The position numbers and the translations under genes are program-made. The notes below the pieces were generated by a model. That model ran no database searches and was not told the DNA's origin. It saw nothing but the letters and a program-made list of their open reading frames with translations. From contig OZ281496.1 in NCBI GenBank assembly GCA_965637545.1, positions 3,782,001 through 3,846,000 of the forward strand: a stretch of 64,000 nucleotides of DNA, written 5' to 3'. The DNA comes from Phallusia mammillata (Eukaryota). Positions 12,901-23,139 of the stretch are shown here, in pieces; the stretch's first letter is position 1; every line of letters starts with the position of its first letter.

Positions 12901-13272
12901 TTAAAACATATTTCATGGGTTCGAATCCCATCTCTAATTTTATTTTCTTGTATCCGTTGCTGTAACAACGAGACTGGTTCGATGGCTTCTTGCAATCTTG
13001 ACATATACTGCGATTTTTATTATAGCGAACACATGACCGTTTCATGGTTGGCTACATCAATAAATAAACAATTCTTCACACATTTTGTTTTTGTTAAGCA
13101 TGACTTTTTTATCGCTTATACAACAGGAGAAAGAAACGAAGCTATAGAAGGAGTTGGCAACAGCTACCAACTTGTGATGTTTGTTCTTCTGGCTGTAATT
13201 ATTATAGGAGCTGGTTACATCGTATGGGGCAAACTGACCCAGGGTCGCAATGCGAGACAAAATCGCCAGTAA
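6901..13272 (+). CDS. CUB-CUB-ZP-TM protein (CUZD1-like architecture), gene 1, 575 aa, intact
   Basis: 13 GT-AG exons with continuous frame: 6901-6961, 8050-8216, 8364-8514, 8845-9020, 9414-9552, 10053-10098, 10406-10571, 10764-10921, 11349-11520, 11648-11718, 11835-12024, 12481-12565, 13127-13272. Signal peptide MSSRLLKAALFVSALSMLLRG. CUB motifs CGE..SPMFPGNYP...CIW and FLTDGS...GFNA. ZP-C motifs LETCWAT and YIHCDVTVC. Furin site KKRR/S, EHP LSAGPVHIV, TM LVMFVLLAVIIIGAGYIVW. Confidence 0.9.
7106..7325 (-). mobile_element. hAT (Charlie-like) MITE in intron 1
   Basis: TIRs CAGTGGTCGGCAACC / GGTTGCCGACACCTG with a degenerate TSD (gaccaaaa/ctccaaaa). The reverse complement matches 45432-45665; the orthologous copy is at 33758-34415. 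Confidence 0.75.
12143..12244 (+). mobile_element. Short tRNA-derived SINE (older copy) in intron 11
   Basis: GGCCGAGTAGTCTGGCGCGTCTGAC...GGGTCCGAACC...AAAA. Same family as 39231-39349 and 39928-40017. Confidence 0.55.
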
Positions 13273-13754
13273 ATGAACTTTTTATTATTCTCATCATAGC
13301 ATTGTTTGTGTGCATGTAAATAACTATTTACTTTTGAAGATAAAAACAAATAACAAATTAAAGCTGTTTTTCATTTAAAAAAACGCTGTTTAAAATTTTG
13401 TAAATAAATATTATGCATCATTTCACTTAATACATGCATCATTCATAGCTAAAGTGCTGACATGAAATTAGTTGTCAAAGTATTGTTGTGTATCTGTTTA
13501 ATTGTTATGTACAATATAATCACATAGGGTCAAAACTGTGTCTTTTGGCTTAGCTTATGCAATGAATCAGGAAATAACATTTTCAATTATTTTAGCGCGG
13601 TAGCCTCTGTTGAGCGTGGTTATATTCACCTTTGAATCTCATTTATGGTATTTAATTTAACACAAATTAAACCCATAACAAAATGATTTTTGTCTGGGGG
13701 TCACTAACCCTATGCCCGCTAGACTAATTCTTAAAAGAGCCGGTTGGGCACCGT

Positions 13755-15280
13755 TGGTAAAACCAGTCAAGTTGAGAACTAAAGCTAACCACCCGTGTTA
13801 GGAAAAGAGGGTGGGGTTTAACAGGAAAAGAAACCACCCAAAGAAACCCTGTTGGATAGTTTCAGGCGCCGAAAGAAAGGATGCAGCACAAAACACAGTG
13901 ACGATATTAAACAATATGTAGTTTTACTACATTACTAAAAAATGGCACAAAAAATGCAAGCAGAAGTTTCAAAAGAGATTGGGCCCTGTTTTTGTTTGAA
14001 TGAAAATCATGACATGCTAATTTGAACAAAGCCACTTTGACAATAGCACAAAACAATTTATATAAACGCATTGCTTCAACACGTTTATACTTATGTTCTG
14101 AACTGGTAGCCTTTGAACCATTTGGTTATCTTAAGGTAGCACTCGGGTTTTAAAAAATGTAAATAACACGATAGTTTTGAAAGCCTAATTTCCGTACGAA
14201 TTTGAGCAATAGATAGTGTTTGTTACAAACAAGGTGTTGCATGCTTATATTTAAAGATTTCATATTATAATCTTGGCTAGTTATATTTCGATGTATATGG
14301 TCGATTCCAATTTCTTCTTTGTAATCCATTTCACACACGCAAAAATCAATATCTGCCGGTCTGGAAAATGCAGTAGGCCTGCGTTCTGAAGATTTCTGTG
14401 TTTCTTCTTCCAAGGCTTCTGTCGCCAAGTTGGTCCCCATTGTATTGATAAATGCATGGCTTGGCTCTTGATACACATTAAACATTATTCATATTTTGTT
14501 GTGATGTGTGGTTGTGTAATGCAGTAAAAACAACTATCTGATTTTTCTGTGTTTTATAGCTCTTGTTAATTCAGTACAACAGGTTTGAAGTACCTTATGT
14601 AGACCTGAAACCGCTTGTTTATTTGTTGGTCTGAACAATGTGTGGACATTTCTGATTAGCAGTAAGGAAAACCTAGACAACCAGTTGCAACCGGTACGAA
14701 ACCAGCCAAATTACAACTATAATTTGCTTTAAATTTGATTATTTAAAGAAGAATATATTTTTTGACATTGCAGATTTACATGTTAGTACAAGTAGCTTTC
14801 CACCTACAATTTTTAACGTTGTATTGAAGGTGTTATCTAATGTCGCGTATAAACCAATTTAATCGTGATATTTATTCATCAACGCGGGAAACACCTTTTG
14901 TATATGGCACAGTATACTAAAAGGTCATGCATGTCTGTAGGCAATATGCTACGTTGCTTTTGAACTCACTCTTTGGTGAGCACCCTCACTCAACAATTCT
15001 GATACAAAAATTGCAACACAAACCGAAGTGTGTTGGAAATTATGCGGTATATTTATAACGTTTTCGGGTAGAATGCCAGTTTACAATACGATAAAAACGA
15101 TCTCAATTTTTTTTTTCGATCGAGTTATATCACGTTCTCGTACATTGTTTTGACTGATTTCACAAAACAGAAACATTTTAAGTCCTGACATTGCAGGCAT
15201 TTATTACACAAATCGTATACAGCATAAGAGTTTCTGTATAACAACCACATGTTCTTGTTTATGTTGAAAGGGACAGTGTA
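13755..15280. other. ~1.5 kb segment present only in the left duplication copy
   Basis: Flanks align to 41340 and ~41545, with a much shorter, different sequence between them in the right copy. Contains an inverted fragment of the micro-exon family terminal exon (14668-14722). Confidence 0.5.
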
Positions 15281-16926
15281 AGTAACACATTTTGAGTGTG
15301 ACACATTGCAAGATGAAGTACTAAGCCACACTAGAGCAAAGAGTACCGGAAGTCAATCGGGAAAACTTTTCTCAAAAATTCAAAGTAATAAAAATTCTGT
15401 TATTCACGATTTAATGGAGATTTATTAATTGATTGGTTAGTTTTATGCCACAGCAAATACAAGACTAGTATTTTCGATCTTTTTAAATTTGTTTCCAAAA
15501 ACATTACAGAAAGCAAAATGTCGCACGTGCCGCAAAATTTTAAAACTGATCGGTATTTGGGAAACTAGGTAATGATGTAGAATCACGTTTTGTACAATTT
15601 AAAGTCTATGTGCCCAGGGTTTTTTTAAGATTTGGTTTGGGTGACCGCTAAGTAGTTTTAAGAGACCGCAAGTGTTTCATTTAAATACCAAAAACTGTAG
15701 TTGTAGTTGCAAGTCCAAATTTTGGGAAACCGCTGGAGAAAACACCTTGAAAAAACACTGCATGTGCCCTGAAATTAACGATAACGGGTGGAGCCCCGAT
15801 ATATTCCCTAATGCAGCTGGTTGTGGCGAATTCCTCCCCTGTTCTCATCCCTTTGCATTCGCTCTTGTGCTGGGGCTCCATTGGGGTCGAAATGGTCAAA
15901 GGCGATTCGTGCTAAAATATGAGGAAAAATTGCTTAAATGAAGAGTTTTTATATTAAACATGGTGTTTATTACCCTTGTTTTGTGGTGGTCGGTTATGTC
16001 GGTCGGATTTTACCTTGGGTAAAACCTAAAACGGAAAATGTCATCAAAGTTTTTATATTAAACGTATCCAATGTTTTTCTGAGATATTGTTGCAAAGCTA
16101 TGACCACTAAAAAATCTCAATCAAAATCATTGAGTTTGCAAAACAAATATTTTTATTTGTTAAATACTGATAATAATTCAATACTTCATGAGAAAATGTA
16201 ATTCTATTTCAAAAATGTTAAAGCGTTTTGTGGGGAGTAGAATTAAATTCCCAGCAAAAATAAACTGAAACATCATTTATTTTCCTACTTGATCTACGGT
16301 AGCTTAACTTTATGTGGAATGCAAATATGCTGGATAAATCAACTAACTATTGTAATGAGTTTGATATGACTGGTCAAAATAATTCAATCAGTTGTTAAAC
16401 ATAATAACTGATAAGAATGTATAGAAAATCTGGTCTGAATACAAGGTCAGCAAACACGAAAAACCTTAACCAGAACTGAACTGATTTGTGTTTTGCAAGA
16501 GCTATCATAAAGGGTATGTTGACACCTTCACAAAGTTTTTAACTAGACATTTTGAGTAAGTTGGTTACTAGTCTACGTTGTCACTAGTGTTCGTGTAAAT
16601 TTAGAGCTACAGCATTTGCCTGTTTATGCAAATAAATAGTTTATGTAATTAATTTGTGACTTAATGAAGTCATACGTTTGTTTGTTTTGGCAGTGATATA
16701 CATGCACGACAAAATGCACCACACTAATCACTAACTTTTAAACTTATTTACTTACATTAGTTTCCAAATCCTAATCCCCGAAGCAGTTCCCGTCCCACCC
16801 AAATTCACTGTCAACATCAAAATCATCTGGAAAATAAGAGTCGAGGTTCTTTGATTTTGAAGGAACCACTTTATCTTTTTTCTGACAAAAACACAAAAAA
16901 AGAATGTTTAGATCTTTTTTAAATTT

Positions 16927-17013
16927 TTTTTCGAACACTATCTGTTTGAAAATTTAACGGTTAACAAATTCATTTTCGAACACTATCTGTTTAAAAATTT
17001 AACGGTTAACAAA
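16927..17013. repeat. ~45-bp tandem duplication
   Basis: TTTTCGAACACTATCTGTTT(G/A)AAAATTTAACGGTTAACAAA occurs twice. Confidence 0.8.
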
Positions 17014-17249
17014 ATAGACGTAAAAAGCGACATGCTTTATTTTTCAACCGTTTCGGCTAATGCTCATTTCACCATCAGTGACGTGAAGGGCCACATCAGT
17101 TACACCCGTTTATACCCACTTAAGTCACGTAAAAGAATGACAAAAAGGTGAAACAAGTGTCGCTTAAGAATAGTAGATAAACAAGATTTGGGCACTTATT
17201 TTTGTCGTTAGATCATTTTAGTTTTATAATTTGAATGCATTCTAGTCAA

Positions 17250-17303
17250 TTCGAGAAATTCGAGAAATTCGAGAAATTCGAGAAATTCGAGAAATTCGAG
17301 AAA
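17250..17303. repeat. 9-bp minisatellite (TTCGAGAAA)x6
   Basis: Read directly from the sequence. Only two units are present at the paralogous site ~43396. Confidence 0.9.
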
Positions 17304-19110
17304 ACTCTTCGTGTGTTTTCCAGAAAAAGGGTTATCAGAAGCGGTAACCAAATTACTAGGAACCAATCAGTTTAATTGTTACTCAATCAACCATCATCAA
17401 TCGTGAATATGGTTTATTCTAATTAAATATGTCACTATCGTCAAATACCAACGTGTGATCCTCGGCTTTTGCGCTGCTGGTTTTTTTTTGAAATTATTTT
17501 CTGTTTTGCTGAAAACAGAAATGCTTCATTAAATACTGACACTTTTTGATACGTTCGTGACTAATCAAACGCAAAATTATGGAAGAGATAATGACACCAT
17601 ACATCACGACAGCTTCACACTTTGCATAATTCAGATAAGTGGCGCAAAGAGCTGGGTTATTAATTTAACAACTAAAGAGGGATAGGATTGGGAAGTACGT
17701 TTCTTTTAAATTTTAAATTGCGAACTAACTTTTTAAGTTAGTGTTATTGAACTGGTGATGATAATGCCTTACCCCAACCAAAATAACCCTATCCGTCAGC
17801 ATTTTTAGAGATATATACAATCAGAATATTTACTCATAATTACGTTTCAAGCAAGTTCAAGACGACGTACAAATATTCAAGCGGCTTTTTCCATCGCTGG
17901 AACAAGAAGTGTTTGAAAATGCAGCAGAGCACACTCCTTATGGAAACACTAGCCATGTACAAGTCTGTTAGAAAAATATGACCATGAACTCTTTATAAAG
18001 TGTCGTTTTTCTCATACTTACTTGAACCTGAACAGAAACCCACAAAATTATTACCAGTATACGTACAATGGCTCCTTAACTTTGATGTTTCCTGGTTAAT
18101 GATTTTCGGATTCACTGGTACTTGTACTAGCAACAAAAAAAGCTTCTATTTTTTTGAAAAAGATATTTTTTATTACTTCTTTATATGTCTCAGAATTTAT
18201 TCGCGATCGATGTTATGTTTGAAAAGCAGCTAATTTTAACTTTCTATCTTTTGTAATTTGATTTTTATCAAACAAGCCTTTTTCAACGAAACCCAGTGTG
18301 TTTGTTCAATGTACGCAAATAGACAAAAAATCTACGAGCCTGAATTTCCTATTACCTGTGTATTGTGGCGGTGAGGACATGCTGTATTCATTTTCACCGT
18401 ATTTGACATTGCATGAAACCTAGATGACAAATCATTTTTTTAACGTTTTACTTTTATGTTTGATTGCTAAATACAAATTAAAGGAGAAAGACAAATTTTC
18501 TCTTAAAATTTCTTTGCATTTTTTACTACAAAGAGCTTTCTTACCCATGAATGATTGTTTTGGTAATTTAATAAGCAACGTAGGTCCTCGCAGTATTGAA
18601 TTTTACTTGTTTATTATTATACGTGATGGTGGAATGAAAACAAATGAAGCATAATTGTTAATTAATAGTGTCATTATTTTAATTTCTTTACCGGTTTTAC
18701 TACAACACTTTCGGTACCAGCATTCGGAATGTTGATTGGTTGTTCCACTGTTTGATCTTTTAAAGTTAATTTCACCGTTTTCTTTTTCGCTATATTACAA
18801 AAAAAGTTTACTTTTTAATGCTTACATTAACCAATGTTTTGCTTTTCAATAAACAACTTTAGATCATATAAAATGTGGAAAACTGACCTTTTTTAGTTGA
18901 TCCCTTCATATTTTCCGAAGCTTCTTCTGTTTGTGATCGTTTTGAAACACGTGCATCCATAATTTAGGCAACAGACTGAGCAATGTGAATACTAACACGC
19001 AATCAATGACTTTGCCGGTTTAATGTTGACTACTTAGGTTTTGTAGTTGACAGGTTGAAAAATAAAAATGTCTAAAAAGCTAAGACGGTCTTGGAACACT
19101 GCAGCACAAG

Positions 19111-20200
19111 AAATTTAATTAAAATTAACCTTTTTCGGACCAATGATTTTGGACACAAATCAGGACCGTGTCAGTCTCTTATTTCGCGAATGCCTTTGCA
19201 CTCAGAAACATGATCCGGGGCTTAACGTCGACACAGGGTCTTTGCGTCTATGAAACAACTAAGCCTTACCTCCCGTCATCAACACTTGTTTAATCGTCGA
19301 TTTTAACTATTTTTAAAAATGTAAAAACGCAATAAAATTCTGGACCGAAACTCGCAGAAAAACTGATAACAAAGTTACTAAATTGACTTGAGCCAAATCC
19401 ACAAACAACCTTTTAACCGTAAAGTTCTTACAGAAAACGCTTTACACATTGTAAGCACAAGAGCTGAACTGACGCACAGCGCAGAAAAACACAATTGGTC
19501 GCCGACATGTTACACATCAGCACGTCCAAACGTTTAATATCGTGGGTGCGTACGGGACGTAATTTGATCGTTGAAACGAAAGCTTTTGTTTGGAGCTGTT
19601 CCAAAACATTTTTCTGATGCCAGACGAAACGCTCTCTTTTAATTCATAACTGTTAGGCAGAGCAACGGCTTGAAACACTATACAGGAGATTAAAAGCAAT
19701 TTAATTAAAATTAAGCCCGTGTCAGGCTCTTATTTCTCTCAGCGTCTATGTCTTTGCGTCTGCTCATCACCTGACCCATTTTCCTGTGCTTATCGTTTCG
19801 TTAGACCTACTTGTGTAATCGTCGATTTTAACTGTGCAAGTTGTAAAAAAATTTAAAACGCAATAAGGTTAATTCTTTAGCGAAACATTCAGAATAAAAT
19901 GGTAACGAAGTTACCAAGATCTACTTGAGCCAAGACAATACGCCTACAATCAACCCTTAAACTATAAAGCTCTAACACAAATCGCTTCATACAGTATAGG
20001 CACAAGAACTGAATTGGGGCACAGCGCTTAAAAAAACAATTGGACTACGACATTTAATACTTCAACGCCTCCAAACAACCTCATACCGTGGGTGTGTACG
20101 CGAAGTAATTTAATAGTTGAAACGAAAACTTTGTTTCGTTGTTTTGGCAAAACATTGTTTTCATTGCTGCAATAACGTTACGTTTTCCATATCAAAGCTT
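19111..20200. repeat. Diverged ~550-bp tandem duplication
   Basis: Shared anchors AATTTAATTAAAATTAA (19111, 19699), AATCGTCGATTTTAACT (19293, 19817) and GCACAAGA(G/A)CTGAA (19455, 20000). The last motif also occurs at ~61735. Confidence 0.6.
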
Positions 20201-21619
20201 GTGCACAAGTTTCACATAATATATTTCATTTGGGGTTCAAACTAAGACTTCTTTGAAGGCCAGAAAATTCGTGGCAGTACTATTAAAAGTGAGCTGCATC
20301 TATAGAAACATTTGTTGCAGTAATACATGACAACGAAAGCATTGCATAGTTATGGTGCAGCATAATGAAAGTACTAGCTGTGCTTTGTAATTGTGTGAAG
20401 CTGACACACACTGACTTAACTGTTGAAAAGTATGACCCAACCATCGCAATTTCCAATTCTCGGATAAGCCATTTCCATCATGTTATAAAAACGTTGGACT
20501 TATTTCTGGTAAAACACGTAACTAGCAAAAATAATTCGCTGGTTGCAGAAAAACCTTTCTAATGACCGCATTAAATGTTTTCGCGGTCATGAGTTTTTGT
20601 ATACAAACATAAGTACGATTCTATTTGATGTTTTTTTATTGGGCAGATTAACAACCCACATCCTACGAATGGCATGTGACAAGCAACAAAGACAATGTGC
20701 ATGGGATTGGAGGCAAAGAATCGGGAACTATAGGTCAATGGCAGGCTGAGCTAAAATTGAAACACGTTTTAAAGGTTAAATGCTAATTTTGTTTTAATGG
20801 CGACGTTCAGTCACTTGATCGAACTTATATATCAGTACTAATAAAAGATTGTAGCGACCTCACTAGCGTATTTGCTTATGTGCATCAAAGCGTGGTATAT
20901 GTCTTGCAACATGTAATCACCGCCTTATTCTGTAGGGTTCTACATTGTCAGAAGATGTATCACAATTCTAATCAGCAGTCGACACGCTACAGTTCTGCAT
21001 GTATTGTGCAGCACTGTACGTTGCTCCTTTGGCTGCTTACCAAGCGGTATAACAGAGAGAAACAGAATCAATCTAATAACTGTAGATCCATTAATATAAT
21101 GCATAAATAAGTTTTACAAATATATTTCACAAGGTTTCACATACATTAAACAGTTTAGGGATGGATTTCTGGGTAAACCAAGCCACTTAACCCAGTTGCA
21201 ATGTAGCAGTTAACATTGTAATGATTAAAAGATCCCACCCTGGTTTACAAACTATTAGTGCATAGATGCTATAAACCTAGGTTGAAAAGCGGAACGTGCT
21301 TTTCGCGTAGATTTCTGGCTCGAATTTCAATAAATCGACCTAACTTTATAATTGACATCAACATTTTTTGTTGTGGGTGGTAACTATGTAATTGAGAAGT
21401 ACTAAGTTTTGCATGTGGTTAGAAATCAAATTGAAGGCAGTTTATGTAAAGAATAACAGCAAATGTGTAAAAAGTATGTTTTTATTACCGAATGAATTTG
21501 TACGATTGAAGCACAAATTTCATATTTCAATTTCAGTAATAAAACTAAAACGGTTAGAAAGTAACGAAATAATTAAACACAGGTTCCATAATATAGTCGA
21601 ACCACATGAGTTATGTATT

Positions 21620-22918
21620 ACGCGTCAAACCCAGTTGCATAGAGCGGCATCGCTACCGCATAGGCGCCGCAAGTGTATTGATCCGGTTTGAATCACCTGC
21701 ATTGTGTTACGAGGTTTGTGATGGTTTGCGCTGGCAATCTCTAAGTAGGCCGCAGTGTGTTCGGGGTATATGAGGAAACATGAAGCATACAAAGCATTTT
21801 AGCTGAGATGTAGCATTATGACACTGGTATAGCTGAAACGGTTTAAACAAAGCTTTTGCAACACTTGATTCAGCAATTCAGTCACTGACTAATTGATTCA
21901 ACTGTAAGAACTGGTATTGGACAAAGTTTGCTAAATACCGATAGATGGCACAAAGAGCATTTGTAAATTGTCAAGGAAGATTGTATGAAAACGCTGACGG
22001 TTTATGCGATTACAGTTGAGGTGAGGTTTTATAATGAAAATAATTTTAACCTGCAAACTTAGTTCTCGTGTTAAATTTAGCCCCTAACTTTATCCCAGAC
22101 GATCTGTAGTTAAATAATTGTGCTCTTTACGCCATCTATCGGAACTAAAGAAACTTTATCTGTCGCAAGTTTATTAATGGCTCTAACCTCCTATACACCC
22201 TTGTATAGCAAACGATTTCAAGGTGTAAGTAAAAGAGGGTGTACCCAGTCGTGGGGAGCCCTGCAAGCTAACCAACCGTGTTTGGTAAGGGGTGGGGCTT
22301 TGATCTTGCTCATTTCAATTTCAAACTTGGGCGCCAAAGGACTTGTGAGTTTTTTTGTATAATGACCAGGGAAAAAATGCTGTCTTGCCAAATAAAATTA
22401 AAAATCGTGCAAACTGCTGTAAACACTAAAACGTGTTCTACGAAACTTACTATTAAACTTTTACTATGAGTTTCAGTACATATAGATGGTTAAAATCTTA
22501 AATGGTTCACTTTATATCAGACTGTTACTCCCAACAAACAGGAGTGGCGTTACAAAAAAACAGCAGCTGCAATGACGGGACTTGTGGATTAAAACAATGG
22601 GCACTGTCTGCAGCTTGCTTCCGCGGAGTTTGAAAAAAGAACGACGACTCACGTGAATAACGTAATACGCGTTTTAACCCAGTTGGATGTAGCGGCATCG
22701 GCACAGGACAAGCGTCGCAACTGTATTGATCCGGTTTGAATCACCTGCGTTGTGTTACGGGGCTCGCGGTGTTCGCGCCGGTAATCTCTAAGTAGGCCAC
22801 AGTGTGTTATAATGTATAAAAGGAAACCCGCTTGACGCATATGAAGTGTTGCAGCTGAGAGGTAGCATTAGAATACTTGTATTGCTGAAACGATTTAGAT
22901 AAAGTTTTGGCCACACTT
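21620..22918. repeat. Dispersed GC-rich ~250-bp direct repeat (21620-21866 and 22666-22918)
   Basis: Shared core TGTATTGATCCGGTTTGAATCACCTGC..TGTGTTACG and AATCTCTAAGTAGGCC.CAGTGTGTT. Confidence 0.8.
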
Positions 22919-23099
22919 TAATTAACAAGGGTGCCGACCTCAAGAAAGTTCAAATAGAAAATGTTAAATATTGATAGGCAAACATATGCTTACGTACTAG
23001 TTGATGTGCAAATACATATAGTTGTAAGTTATATCGGTAGTATTAAATTAGTATGTTTATTCATTTATTTGCATTGTATAGTAGTAGATATTAGTTGGT

Positions 23100-23108
23100 G
23101 ATATAAAA
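23100..23108 (+). promoter_or_regulatory. Possible TATA box of gene 2
   Basis: GATATAAAA about 40 nt upstream of the ATG at 23140. Motif match only. Confidence 0.3.
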
Positions 23109-23139
23109 CAGTTGCTATTTGTCCAACAAAACGACCAAA

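Larger units (their letters stand above)
4590..18545. repeat. Segmental duplication, left copy (partner 29452-44562)
   Basis: Colinear similarity of orphan TM exon, spacer, CUB-ZP gene, 3' flank and minus-strand micro-exon gene. Anchors include 5251~30171, 10406~37851, 15911~41997 and 18419~44483. Confidence 0.9.
15808..18960 (-). pseudogene. Micro-exon gene family member A (decayed)
   Basis: Exons 18789-18692, 18419-18356 (VSCNVKYGENEYSMSSPPQYT), 18126-18055 (QVPVNPKIINQETSKLRSHCTYT), 17508-17449, 16826-16756 (DDFDVDSEFGWDGNCFGD, in-frame TAG), 16025-15974 (VLPKVKSDRHNRPPQNK), 15911-15808 (ARIAFDHFDP...QLH*). One exon is almost deleted relative to 43839-43898. Confidence 0.6.

Noticed and set aside
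6901-13272. Assigning the symbol CUZD1
   Set aside because: The domain order matches, but orthology cannot be established by eye and the array looks lineage-specific.
17250-17303. (TTCGAGAAA)x6 as a heat-shock or STAT element array
   Set aside because: The period is 9 bp, so GAA-TTC spacing is wrong for an HSE and TTC-N2-GAA is not a canonical GAS. The paralog has two units, so this is simple slippage.
18022-18027. Apparent 6-nt micro-exon (cag|GTTCAA|gtaagt on minus)
   Set aside because: The upstream intron would be only 27 nt. It is a deletion remnant of the 60-nt exon seen at 43839-43898.
18356-18419. VSCNVKYGE exon as the end of an Ig domain
   Set aside because: The upstream exons are low-complexity micro-exons with no matching B-strand Cys or C-strand Trp.
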